16,920 bases of DNA, taken from IMG/VR virus record IMGVR_UViG_3300034073_003048, one strand, 5' to 3'. The DNA comes from a virus. Positions 7,155 to 14,061 of this stretch are shown one piece after another. The notes under the pieces were generated by a model. That model did no database searches and was not told the DNA's origin. It saw only the letters and a list, made by a program, of their open reading frames with translations. Position 1 is the stretch's first letter. The number at the start of each line of letters is the position of its first letter. The position numbers and the translations under genes were made by a program.

Positions 7155-7177
7155 CCGATTCGGTCGATGCTTATACC
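7151..7177 (+). promoter_or_regulatory. Candidate sigma70-like promoter (TTGACC, 15-nt spacer, TATACC) just upstream of the RHH gene
   Basis: -35 at 7151..7156 and -10 at 7172..7177. ATG 7187 lacks an SD, which fits a leaderless or near-leaderless mRNA. The spacer is short and the -10 is imperfect. Confidence 0.3.
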
Positions 7178-7186
7178 GTCCCCGCC

Positions 7187-7573
7187 ATGCAGAAGCGGAG
7201 AGCGGTCTCGGTCGATGAATCCACGTACTGGACGCTCGAGGCCATGCGGTTGGAGACGGGTAGATCCGTCCGGCAGATCGTCAAGGAGGCGGTCGCGGGC
7301 TACTCGGTAATGATGGACCTCGCGCAGACCGCGAGGCCACGAAAGGAAACGCGGACATGGGAATCTTTCTCGGCATCTGCGCCATCGCCATCGCGGCCGT
7401 GGCCACCGCCTGGCCCCTCTTCGATGATCGGGGGATCCGATGAGAAGTCACAGCTACACCGAGGACATGGAGCGGCAGGACAACCCGCAGCCGGGGATGG
7501 ATCGGCACCACCGCGAGTGGAACGCCGCCAACGGCGTACGCGAGCCCGCCGCGGACCTCAGCCGGATGGCTGA
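7187..7573 (+). CDS. Ribbon-helix-helix (CopG/Arc-type) transcriptional regulator with a long low-complexity tail (start at ATG 7187 or TTG 7151)
   Basis: KRRAVSVDESTYWTLEAMRLETGRSVRQIVKEAV shows the classic RHH strand-helix-helix pattern. GC3 drops after about 7335, but there is no in-frame stop until 7571..7573. Confidence 0.55.
   Translation: MQKRRAVSVDESTYWTLEAMRLETGRSVRQIVKEAVAGYSVMMDLAQTARPRKETRTWESFSASAPSPSRPWPPPGPSSMIGGSDEKSQLHRGHGAAGQPAAGDGSAPPRVERRQRRTRARRGPQPDG
7357..7443 (+). CDS. 28-aa hydrophobic mini-protein (MGIFLGICAIAIAAVATAWPLFDDRGIR)
   Basis: GAAAGGAAAC is 7 nt upstream. GC3 is 23/28. The stop forms an ATGA overlap with the next gene. It lies out of frame inside the RHH ORF. 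Confidence 0.4.
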   Translation: MGIFLGICAIAIAAVATAWPLFDDRGIR

Positions 7574-7718
7574 GGAGATCCGGGGCAAGCTCATCGACCG
7601 CGTCGGCGCCATCGGGCCCGGCGACCGCGCGTCGGCTCGGACGATGCTGGAGGCCGTGCAGGTCATCAAGGCGCTGCACGACGCCCTCGAGGCGGAACGG
7701 AGGCGCGATGCGCCATGA
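7440..7718 (+). CDS. Hypothetical early protein (92 aa)
   Basis: Very high GC3 throughout and an ATGA start overlap. No motif recognised. Confidence 0.75.
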   Translation: MRSHSYTEDMERQDNPQPGMDRHHREWNAANGVREPAADLSRMAEEIRGKLIDRVGAIGPGDRASARTMLEAVQVIKALHDALEAERRRDAP

Positions 7719-7887
7719 CATCGTGGCGCGACTGCGGAATTGTGATTGTATTCCGCATTGCCTATGCGCCGAAGCCGCCGACGAGATCGAACGGCTCCGC
7801 AAGGAACTTGCCGCACGTTGCGGCGACGGTGGGGCCGGTGCACATACCGCCGGCCCCACCGAACACTTCATCCCGGAGGCCCTGTGA
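7708..7887 (+). CDS. Small hypothetical protein (59 aa, below the ORF-track cutoff) with ARLR...EAADEIERLR motif
   Basis: Read by hand: GGAGG is 4 nt before ATG 7708. Translation: MRHDIVARLRNCDCIPHCLCAEAADEIERLRKELAARCGDGGAGAHTAGPTEHFIPEAL. The stop overlaps the next GTG (GTGA). Confidence 0.55.
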   Translation: MRHDIVARLRNCDCIPHCLCAEAADEIERLRKELAARCGDGGAGAHTAGPTEHFIPEAL

Positions 7888-8363
7888 GCACCCAGCTGAC
7901 CGTACGCCGAAAGGCACCCGTGGAGCAGGTCGACGCGCAGCTCGCGCCGATGATGCTGCTCCGCGACACGCTGTCCGTGATCGGGCCCCGCATCATCAAG
8001 GAACATTCCTCGCGGATCGGGGACAAGCAGTACGTTCATGTGGCGGGGGCCACCCTGATCGCCGCGATGTTCGGGCACCACGTCCGCGAGATCGGCGCCA
8101 GGCGCATCGACATCGACGGCGTGGGCGCCTGGGAGGCGACGGTCGAGATCGTCCGCGCCGCCGACGGGATGGTCGTGGGAGGTGGCTCGGCCATCTGCTG
8201 CGACGATGAGAAGATGTGGGCCCAGCGACCGCAGTACGCCCGCCGCGCGATGGCGTCGACCCGCGCGGCCGGCAGGGCGCTCAGGCTGTTCTTCGGTCAC
8301 GCATTCACCATGCTCGGCGACAACGTCGCCACAGTCACACGCGAGGAGATGCCGGATGAATAG
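7884..8363 (+). CDS. Possible Rad52/Sak-like single-strand annealing protein (159 aa)
   Basis: GGAGG upstream of GTG 7884. ...RRAMASTRAAGRALRLFFGHAFTMLG resembles the conserved Rad52-family helix (TDAxKRAL..FG..LG). It lies adjacent to the SSB-like gene. Confidence 0.4.
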   Translation: MSTQLTVRRKAPVEQVDAQLAPMMLLRDTLSVIGPRIIKEHSSRIGDKQYVHVAGATLIAAMFGHHVREIGARRIDIDGVGAWEATVEIVRAADGMVVGGGSAICCDDEKMWAQRPQYARRAMASTRAAGRALRLFFGHAFTMLGDNVATVTREEMPDE

Positions 8364-8760
8364 TGCGACACTGGTCGCGCGCCTGCGGGCGCTGGCCGAC
8401 GAGATCGAGAAGGGCGGCAAGCACGTGCCCGCGCCCGTCCAGGCGGCCGAGCCGCCGTCCCAGTTCGGGGCCCGCACCGTCGAGTGCGAGGTGGGCTACT
8501 GGAAGGTGGGCCCGACCAAGACCGGCAAGCCCATGGGCAGCCTCAGCCCGAGGAGCGAGGACGGCGAGACGGTGTACTGGAAGTGCTTCGACGAGAAGGT
8601 CATGTCCAAGGTCGACCCGCTCGGCAAGGGCGAGAAGATCCGCGTGACGCTCGTCCCGTGGAACGACACCCACCGCATCGTCGACATCGTGCGCCTGTCG
8701 CCCGCCGCTGCACCCGAGCGGCGGTCGACGGGGATCACGGTCGACGAGATCCCCTTCTGA
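8356..8760 (+). CDS. SSB-like protein: small OB-fold-like core with a canonical SSB C-terminal tip (..VDEIPF)
   Basis: GAGGAG upstream of ATG 8356. The protein ends in DEIPF, matching the bacterial SSB tail D(D/E)xIPF. Confidence 0.5.
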   Translation: MNSATLVARLRALADEIEKGGKHVPAPVQAAEPPSQFGARTVECEVGYWKVGPTKTGKPMGSLSPRSEDGETVYWKCFDEKVMSKVDPLGKGEKIRVTLVPWNDTHRIVDIVRLSPAAAPERRSTGITVDEIPF

Positions 8761-8778
8761 GTACCGCCCATTCGCGCG

Positions 8779-8823
8779 GGGCCCGTGCAGCCGTCGGAAG
8801 CTGTGCGGGCCCTTTCCCTTTTT
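8779..8823 (+). terminator. Rho-independent terminator
   Basis: 13-bp stem gggcccgtgcagc/gctgtgcgggccc (2 G-U pairs), 8-nt loop, followed by tttcccttttt. Confidence 0.6.
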
Positions 8824-8837
8824 ACGGAGGCACAACC

Positions 8838-9347
8838 ATGCTCAGACGCGCAGCGCAGCGAATGGCCGATCTGATTCGGGAGGGTGTCGCGCCGGCAGTG
8901 GCCGCGACGATGGCAGCAGAGGAAGCGGGACTGGAGGCGGGGAAGGTGGGCGCCGAGTGCGCGGCCATCCGAGCCGAGATCGAGGCCCAGCGCCGGCTTG
9001 AACTGGGGCAGCTGACGGACCAGCAGGCCCGCGACCACCTCAGGGAGCACCTGGCGACCCGCACCGACATCGACCGCGACATCCGAAGGGTGGCCGGCAA
9101 GGTGTTCTACGAAGTCATGCGCGCGGGCCGAGGCTCTGGCAACATCTCCGAGGCGTTCATCGAGCACGCCCACGACCTCGACGCCGAGCAGAGCGTGCAG
9201 GTCCAGTACCTGCTCGTCCAGCTCTGGCGGAAGTTGCCGCCGGGCTACGACCCGCGGACGCCCAGGAAGGCGACCATCGGCCGCGATTCGTTCATGTGGC
9301 CCGAGATGGAGATGTCGGCGTTCTACAGGTGGATCCCCAATGGATGA
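8838..9347 (+). CDS. Hypothetical helical protein (169 aa)
   Basis: ACGGAGG is 7 nt upstream of ATG 8838. High GC3. It overlaps the helicase gene start by 8 nt. Confidence 0.7.
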   Translation: MLRRAAQRMADLIREGVAPAVAATMAAEEAGLEAGKVGAECAAIRAEIEAQRRLELGQLTDQQARDHLREHLATRTDIDRDIRRVAGKVFYEVMRAGRGSGNISEAFIEHAHDLDAEQSVQVQYLLVQLWRKLPPGYDPRTPRKATIGRDSFMWPEMEMSAFYRWIPNG

Positions 9348-10347
9348 GGCGCCCATCTTCCTGACGCCGCCCGACCTGTCCAAGGGCCCGCCGAGCCTGC
9401 GGCCGCCCGTCGTGGACGGCCTGTTCCGCAGGGGCGAGGTGGTGAACTGGATCGCATCGCCCAAGGTCGGCAAGACGTGGATGCTCTACCGGCTGCTGCT
9501 GGCCATCTGCACGGGCTCGGAATGGCTCGGCAGGCAGGTCACCAAGGGCCGCGTCCTGCTGATCGACAACGAGCTTCACCCCGAGACGGGCCTCCAGAGG
9601 CTCCACAAGGTCGCTACAGGCGTCGGAGCGGATTTGGCGGCCGTGGATACCTCCATGCGGTGCGCGTGGCTCAGAGGGGCATCTGCGGGCCTGGAACAGA
9701 TCGAGGCGGCCGTGAGGTCCGAGCCGAGGGGTACGTACGCCGTGATCGCCCTGGACGCCTTCTACCGGCTCATCCCGAAGGGCACCGACGAGAACGCCAA
9801 CGGCGACATGGTCCAGATCTACAACCACCTCGACCGGATCGCCGCGGCGTCGGGGGCGTCGATCATCAACGTGCACCATGCGTCCAAGGGCGACCAGAGC
9901 CAGAAGGGGACCACGGACGTGGGCTCGGGCGCCGGCGCGATCTCGCGGGCGGTGGACACCCACATCGTCTACCTGCGGCACGCGACCGAGGGGTGCGTCA
10001 CCATGCGGGCGGTCTGCCGCAGCTTCCCGCCGCCCAAGGCGACCGTCCTGCGCGTTTCCCCGCCCGACGTGACCGTCGAGGCCGACTTGGATCCCGATGA
10101 CCTCTGGACGCCCAAGAAGGCCGCCAAGGGCGCCCAGCGCGAATGGACGCCCGAGGAATTCGCCGCCACGTTCATCGACGGCAAGGCGTCCAAGGGCGAG
10201 GTGATCGACCGGGCCGTCGGCTACGGCATCTCGCGCACCAAGGCGAGGGAGATCCTCAAGGGAGCGCTCGACATGGATCTCGCGGAAGCCGTTGTCTCCA
10301 AGGACACCTCTGCGGGGCGTCCCAAGCAGCTGCTTCGAAGGTGCTAA
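9340..10347 (+). CDS. RepA-like (AAA_25/RecA-fold) P-loop NTPase, probable replicative helicase (335 aa)
   Basis: Walker A IASPKVGKTW and Walker B-like RVLLIDNE / AVIALDAF. The IINVHHASKG motif is typical of RepA/AAA_25 proteins. Confidence 0.7.
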   Translation: MDEAPIFLTPPDLSKGPPSLRPPVVDGLFRRGEVVNWIASPKVGKTWMLYRLLLAICTGSEWLGRQVTKGRVLLIDNELHPETGLQRLHKVATGVGADLAAVDTSMRCAWLRGASAGLEQIEAAVRSEPRGTYAVIALDAFYRLIPKGTDENANGDMVQIYNHLDRIAAASGASIINVHHASKGDQSQKGTTDVGSGAGAISRAVDTHIVYLRHATEGCVTMRAVCRSFPPPKATVLRVSPPDVTVEADLDPDDLWTPKKAAKGAQREWTPEEFAATFIDGKASKGEVIDRAVGYGISRTKAREILKGALDMDLAEAVVSKDTSAGRPKQLLRRC

Positions 10348-10355
10348 GATGGGGG

Positions 10356-10382
10356 GTGAATTAATTACCGCGCCCCTATAAA
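10356..10382 (+). promoter_or_regulatory. Candidate promoter (GTGAAT, 15-nt spacer, TATAAA) in the largest AT-rich intergenic gap
   Basis: The 115-bp gap 10348..10462 is the most AT-rich non-coding stretch. TATAAA lies at 10377..10382. Confidence 0.3.
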
Positions 10383-10390
10383 GAGATGGC

Positions 10391-10432
10391 GGAAAATAAT
10401 TCCCGCTCACAAGTTCGCGGGATTATTGTTCC
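10391..10432. promoter_or_regulatory. Imperfect 16-bp inverted repeat (operator, ori or hairpin candidate)
   Basis: ggaaaataattcccgc (10391..10406) and gcgggattattgttcc (10417..10432), giving about 15 bp of pairing with two bulges. Confidence 0.6.
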
Positions 10433-10462
10433 GCCTGACAGCCCCGCGGAAAGGGAGGGACC

Positions 10463-10837
10463 ATGTCCGGGATGCAGAGACGGAAAGGCGCCGTCGGCGA
10501 GCGCGAGGTGGTCGCCGAGTTCGACCGCCACGGGATGCTCGCCCACCGCACAGCCCAGAGGATGGGCAAGGCAGGCGACGCAGCCGACGTGCAGGTGGCG
10601 GGGCTCGACGTGCACATCGAGGTCAAGCGCACCGAGAACCTCGCCTGGCGCAAGACCATCGCCCAGGCGACGAACGACGCCCAGGGTGGGCCATGGATCG
10701 TTCTCCACCGGGTGAACGGCGGCAAGTGGATGGTGATACAGCCCCTCGACCAATGGGTGGCCGACAGCGTGGCGGCACACTGCGCCATCGCCCATCGCAG
10801 GGAGCTTATGGAAAGGGCAGCTGGTGAGAGTCTTTAA
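10463..10837 (+). CDS. PD-(D/E)xK nuclease, Hjc-type Holliday-junction-resolvase-like (124 aa)
   Basis: GGGAGGG upstream. The pattern QRRKGAVGEREVVAEF...GDAADVQV...DVHIEVKRTE shows RKG..ER plus D..ExK. Confidence 0.55.
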   Translation: MSGMQRRKGAVGEREVVAEFDRHGMLAHRTAQRMGKAGDAADVQVAGLDVHIEVKRTENLAWRKTIAQATNDAQGGPWIVLHRVNGGKWMVIQPLDQWVADSVAAHCAIAHRRELMERAAGESL

Positions 10838-11102
10838 GCACACCATTCCCTCCATGGGCAAGGTGAAGCAGCCCCTACCGGAAGGCAAGCGGCTCACTGG
10901 GTGCAGGTGGACCATCCTGCGCAACAGGTTCATAAGGGCCAATCCCCTATGTGCCAAGTGTGGCAAGGTGGCCGAGCAGGTGCACCACGTCATCCCCCGA
11001 GCACAACGGCCCGACCTGACCTACGTGTGGGACAATCTCATGTCCATATGCACCGATTGCCACGTGAAAGAGCACAACGCGCACGAAAAACCGCGTTTTT
11101 GA
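10824..11102 (+). CDS. HNH endonuclease (terminase-associated)
   Basis: CAKCG...QVHHVIPRAQRPDLTYVWDNLMSICTDCHVKEH. It lies immediately upstream of the large terminase. GTG 10824 (GAAAGGG upstream) is preferred over ATG 10854. Confidence 0.8.
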   Translation: MRVFKHTIPSMGKVKQPLPEGKRLTGCRWTILRNRFIRANPLCAKCGKVAEQVHHVIPRAQRPDLTYVWDNLMSICTDCHVKEHNAHEKPRF

Positions 11103-11190
11103 GTCAAAAATGAGGTTTTTGCATGGGCATCAAAAAATCGGCAAAAAATGAGGGTGGGGGGGTAGGTTTTGGGCGGTCAGGGGCCCCTAA
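11081..11190. promoter_or_regulatory. Phased A5/T5 tracts plus a G-run: candidate packaging (cos/pac) or terminase recognition region
   Basis: A5 at 11086, T5 at 11096, A5 at 11106 and T5 at 11116 (exact 10-bp phase). A6 at 11132 and 11143. CAAAAA(A)TGAGG occurs twice. GGGTGGGGGGGTAGGTTTTGGGCGGTCAGGGG lies at 11152..11183. Confidence 0.35.
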
Positions 11191-12850
11191 GGTGCCGCCT
11201 GTAAACTCGGAAGCCAAAACACACGCGAAAACGGTCGTTCTTGAGTACAACCGTCGCGTACTGTCGGGATCTGCGCCGAACTCGAAATGGATCTTTGCCG
11301 CGGCGCAGCGTTTCGAGCGCGATCTCGCGCGATCCGACCTGCGGATGAACTGGGACAGGGTGGAGGAGATCGACCAGTTCGTGCGCACGCTGCCGCTGCT
11401 CGACGATTACGCCGGCGAGCCGTTCGTGCTGCACCCATGGCAGGTCTGGGTGACCGCCCAGCTGTTCGGATGGGAGTGGCAGGACGGCACCAGACGGATC
11501 AAGACGGCCATCCTGCAGGTGGCGAGAGGCAACGGCAAGACCACGCTTGCCGCCGCGCTGGCGCTCTGGGAGTTCCTGAGCGGCCCCGGTAGGCGTGTGC
11601 ACGTGATCGCCAACAAGGAACTGCAGGCGCTCATCTGCGTACAGAAGGCGCAAGAGATGCTGCGGGGGCGTGAAACCGACGGCGTGAAGGTGCTCCACAA
11701 CCGCATCGAGGATCGGAACCGCGACTGCCTCATGTCGGCGCTGAAGAAATCGGCCAGAAGCCTGGACGGTCTGACGCCGTCCATGTGGATCGGCGATGAG
11801 GTCGCCGAGTTCGCCGACCGGGACATCCTGGCGAAGCTGGAGACCACCGCGCACAAGCGCCGGAACAGTCTGGGGCTCATCATCTCGACGCCCGCCGCGG
11901 ACGCCGAGGGCTTGTTCAGCGAGAAGGTGGCCGCCGGGCAGCGGATTCTGAGCGGCGAGGAGGAGGACGATTCCACGATGCCACTGCTGTTCGGCATCGA
12001 CAAGGAAGACGATCTCGGCGACGAAGGCTGCTGGGCGAAGGCCAACCCCGCCATGGAGCATGGGCAGCCCAACATCCGCGACCTGAAGACGATGTGGAAC
12101 GCGAAGAAGGGCAGCGCCATCGGGCGCGCCGAGTTCTCGCGCTACATCTGCGCCAGGACGGGCGAGGAGACGGGCAACTGGCTCGACATGGCGCTCGCCT
12201 GGACGCCGACCGAGATCGACTGGGCGGCGCTGCGCGGCCGGCGGGCGTGGCTCGGGCTCGACCTGAGCAAGAACCTCGATCTGTCGGCGCTCGTCGTGGC
12301 CGTTCCCCTGGACGATGGGCGGGTGGCGCTCCGCGGCCACTACTGGTGGCCGTCCGAGGACGTGCGGCAAAGGGAACTGGACTACCGCCTGCCTGTCAGG
12401 AACTGGGCGGCCAAGGGGCACGTGGAGCTTACCGTCGGCCGCGAGATCGACTACACCCGGATCATGGCCACGCTGGAGGCCATCGCCGGCGAGTTCCAGG
12501 TCGCCAGCGTGGCGTACGACAAGTGGGGCGCCAAGATGTTCGCCGAGCAGGCGGTGTCCAAGGGCCTGCCGCTGGAAACCTACTCGCAGGGCATCGCCAC
12601 GATGGGCCCGGGGTGCCAGCTGTTCCAACAGCTCTGGGTGGGCCGCAAGTTCGTCGTGGGCGATGATCCGATCCTCCGCAACGCCTGCGCGGTCGCGGTC
12701 CCGATCCGCGACACGAACGGCAACATCAAGGTGAACAAGTCGAAGCGCACCCACATCATCGACCCGCTGGTGGCGGCCATCATGGCGGTGCACGCCTGGG
12801 GCGGCGAGACGGCGACATCGTGGGAGTTCCTGCGGGACGCCGATATCTGA
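11123..12850 (+). CDS. terL: Terminase large subunit (Terminase_1 type)
   Basis: PFVLHPWQVWVTAQLFGWEW..GTRRIKTAILQVARGNGKTTLAAALAL (Walker A) with a nuclease half following. The first ~25 codons are AT/G-run rich, so GTG 11192 is an alternative start. Confidence 0.9.
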   Translation: MGIKKSAKNEGGGVGFGRSGAPKVPPVNSEAKTHAKTVVLEYNRRVLSGSAPNSKWIFAAAQRFERDLARSDLRMNWDRVEEIDQFVRTLPLLDDYAGEPFVLHPWQVWVTAQLFGWEWQDGTRRIKTAILQVARGNGKTTLAAALALWEFLSGPGRRVHVIANKELQALICVQKAQEMLRGRETDGVKVLHNRIEDRNRDCLMSALKKSARSLDGLTPSMWIGDEVAEFADRDILAKLETTAHKRRNSLGLIISTPAADAEGLFSEKVAAGQRILSGEEEDDSTMPLLFGIDKEDDLGDEGCWAKANPAMEHGQPNIRDLKTMWNAKKGSAIGRAEFSRYICARTGEETGNWLDMALAWTPTEIDWAALRGRRAWLGLDLSKNLDLSALVVAVPLDDGRVALRGHYWWPSEDVRQRELDYRLPVRNWAAKGHVELTVGREIDYTRIMATLEAIAGEFQVASVAYDKWGAKMFAEQAVSKGLPLETYSQGIATMGPGCQLFQQLWVGRKFVVGDDPILRNACAVAVPIRDTNGNIKVNKSKRTHIIDPLVAAIMAVHAWGGETATSWEFLRDADI

Positions 12851-12879
12851 CCTTCGGAGATTAGGACAGGGGCGCGCGC

Positions 12880-14061
12880 TTGCACACGACGGATGATCCG
12901 TGCGTGGCGCTCTCGGACCTCATCGCCAACCTGTTCCGTCGGAACTACTCGACCACGCTGCTGACCGGCAGCGCGATGGCGGTGCCGACGGTTGGTCCGT
13001 TGTCGGCGCTGCGGTACACGCCCGTCTACCGCGCGGTCACGCTCATCTCGGGCGACATCGCGCGGCTCGACTGCGAGCTGTCGGCGCCCGTCGCCGACAC
13101 GCTCTGGCGCAACCCGTCGACCTGGTGGAACGCCTTCGAGTTCCGCCGCGCGCTCCTGATGAACGCGCTGCTGTACGGCAACGGCTTCGCGCTCATCAAC
13201 CGCACCAAGGGCGGCGAGCTGCTGGAGCTGTTCCTGCTCGACAACGACAACGTGTCGCTGGACGTGACGCGCGGCACCCCGACGTACACGATCCGCGGCT
13301 ACCCGGACATCCCCGCGTCGGACGTGCTGCACGTGCGCGCGCCGTCGACGAGCGGCCTGTGGGGCGAGTCGCCCATCAACCTGTGCCGCACGTCCATCCA
13401 GATCCTCGCGTCCCAGGAGGCGATGGCGCTGACGGCGTACCAGAACGCCGGCAACCCGAAGATCGCCATCATCCACCAGCGCGCCATCGATGAGGCGCTG
13501 ATGCAGAAGGTGGAGAACTACTACATGAAGCGCCACGGCGGCGCCGAGAACGCGGGCAAGCCCGTCGTCCTGGGCGACGGCGTCAAGATCGAGCGCATCT
13601 CGTCGACCGTCGACGACACGGGCCTCGAGGCCGCGCGGCGCTACTCCATCGGCGACGTGTCCCGCCTGTTCGGCGTGCCGGCGTCGTACCTCGCCGAGGA
13701 TGTCGGATCGTCGTACGGCTCGATGGAGTGGCTGTCCAGGATGTACGTGGACGGCTGCCTGCAGGCGTGGATGTCGGCGCTCGGCTCCGAGCTGCGCGCG
13801 AAGCTGATGTCGCCGTTCGATTCGGTCGTGTGGGACACCGACGCGCTGATCCGCCCGGGCGTGGCCGAGCAGATGGCCGCGCTCCGCACGGGCGTCGAGG
13901 CGGGATTCCTGACGCGGAACGAAGCCCGCGCTCGGCTCGACCTCGAGCCCCTCGAGGGCCTCGACGAGCCCACGCTCGCGCTCAACGTCGGCACGGGCGG
14001 CGGCAGCACCAACATCGGCGAGGACACGTCCGCGTCGGAGGGTTCACCGAATGATTTCTAG
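12880..14061 (+). CDS. Portal protein, HK97 family
   Basis: Size, position after terL, and typical motifs (..ALRYTPVYRAVTLISGDIARL.., ..NGFALI.., ..YQNAGNPK..). Start at TTG 12880 (AGGGG upstream) or GTG 12904. Confidence 0.85.
   Translation: MHTTDDPCVALSDLIANLFRRNYSTTLLTGSAMAVPTVGPLSALRYTPVYRAVTLISGDIARLDCELSAPVADTLWRNPSTWWNAFEFRRALLMNALLYGNGFALINRTKGGELLELFLLDNDNVSLDVTRGTPTYTIRGYPDIPASDVLHVRAPSTSGLWGESPINLCRTSIQILASQEAMALTAYQNAGNPKIAIIHQRAIDEALMQKVENYYMKRHGGAENAGKPVVLGDGVKIERISSTVDDTGLEAARRYSIGDVSRLFGVPASYLAEDVGSSYGSMEWLSRMYVDGCLQAWMSALGSELRAKLMSPFDSVVWDTDALIRPGVAEQMAALRTGVEAGFLTRNEARARLDLEPLEGLDEPTLALNVGTGGGSTNIGEDTSASEGSPNDF

Noticed and set aside
7715-8209. 164-aa + strand ORF from the track (and the long form of 7746..8363)
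   Set aside because: The frame has poor coding character. It is better explained by the hand-read 7708..7887 gene and the GTG 7884 start, each with GGAGG upstream and 4-nt overlaps.
1172-8373. The identical N-terminal peptide MNSATL in genes 1172.. and 8356.. as a possible duplication
   Set aside because: The DNA differs (atgaactcggcaacactg versus atgaatagtgcgacactg) and similarity stops after 6 codons, so it looks coincidental.
10386-10715. 109-aa + strand ORF starting in the AT-rich gap
   Set aside because: It is out of frame with the nuclease gene that has the strong SD and the PD-(D/E)xK motif. Its product is Pro/Arg/Ser-rich and low in complexity.
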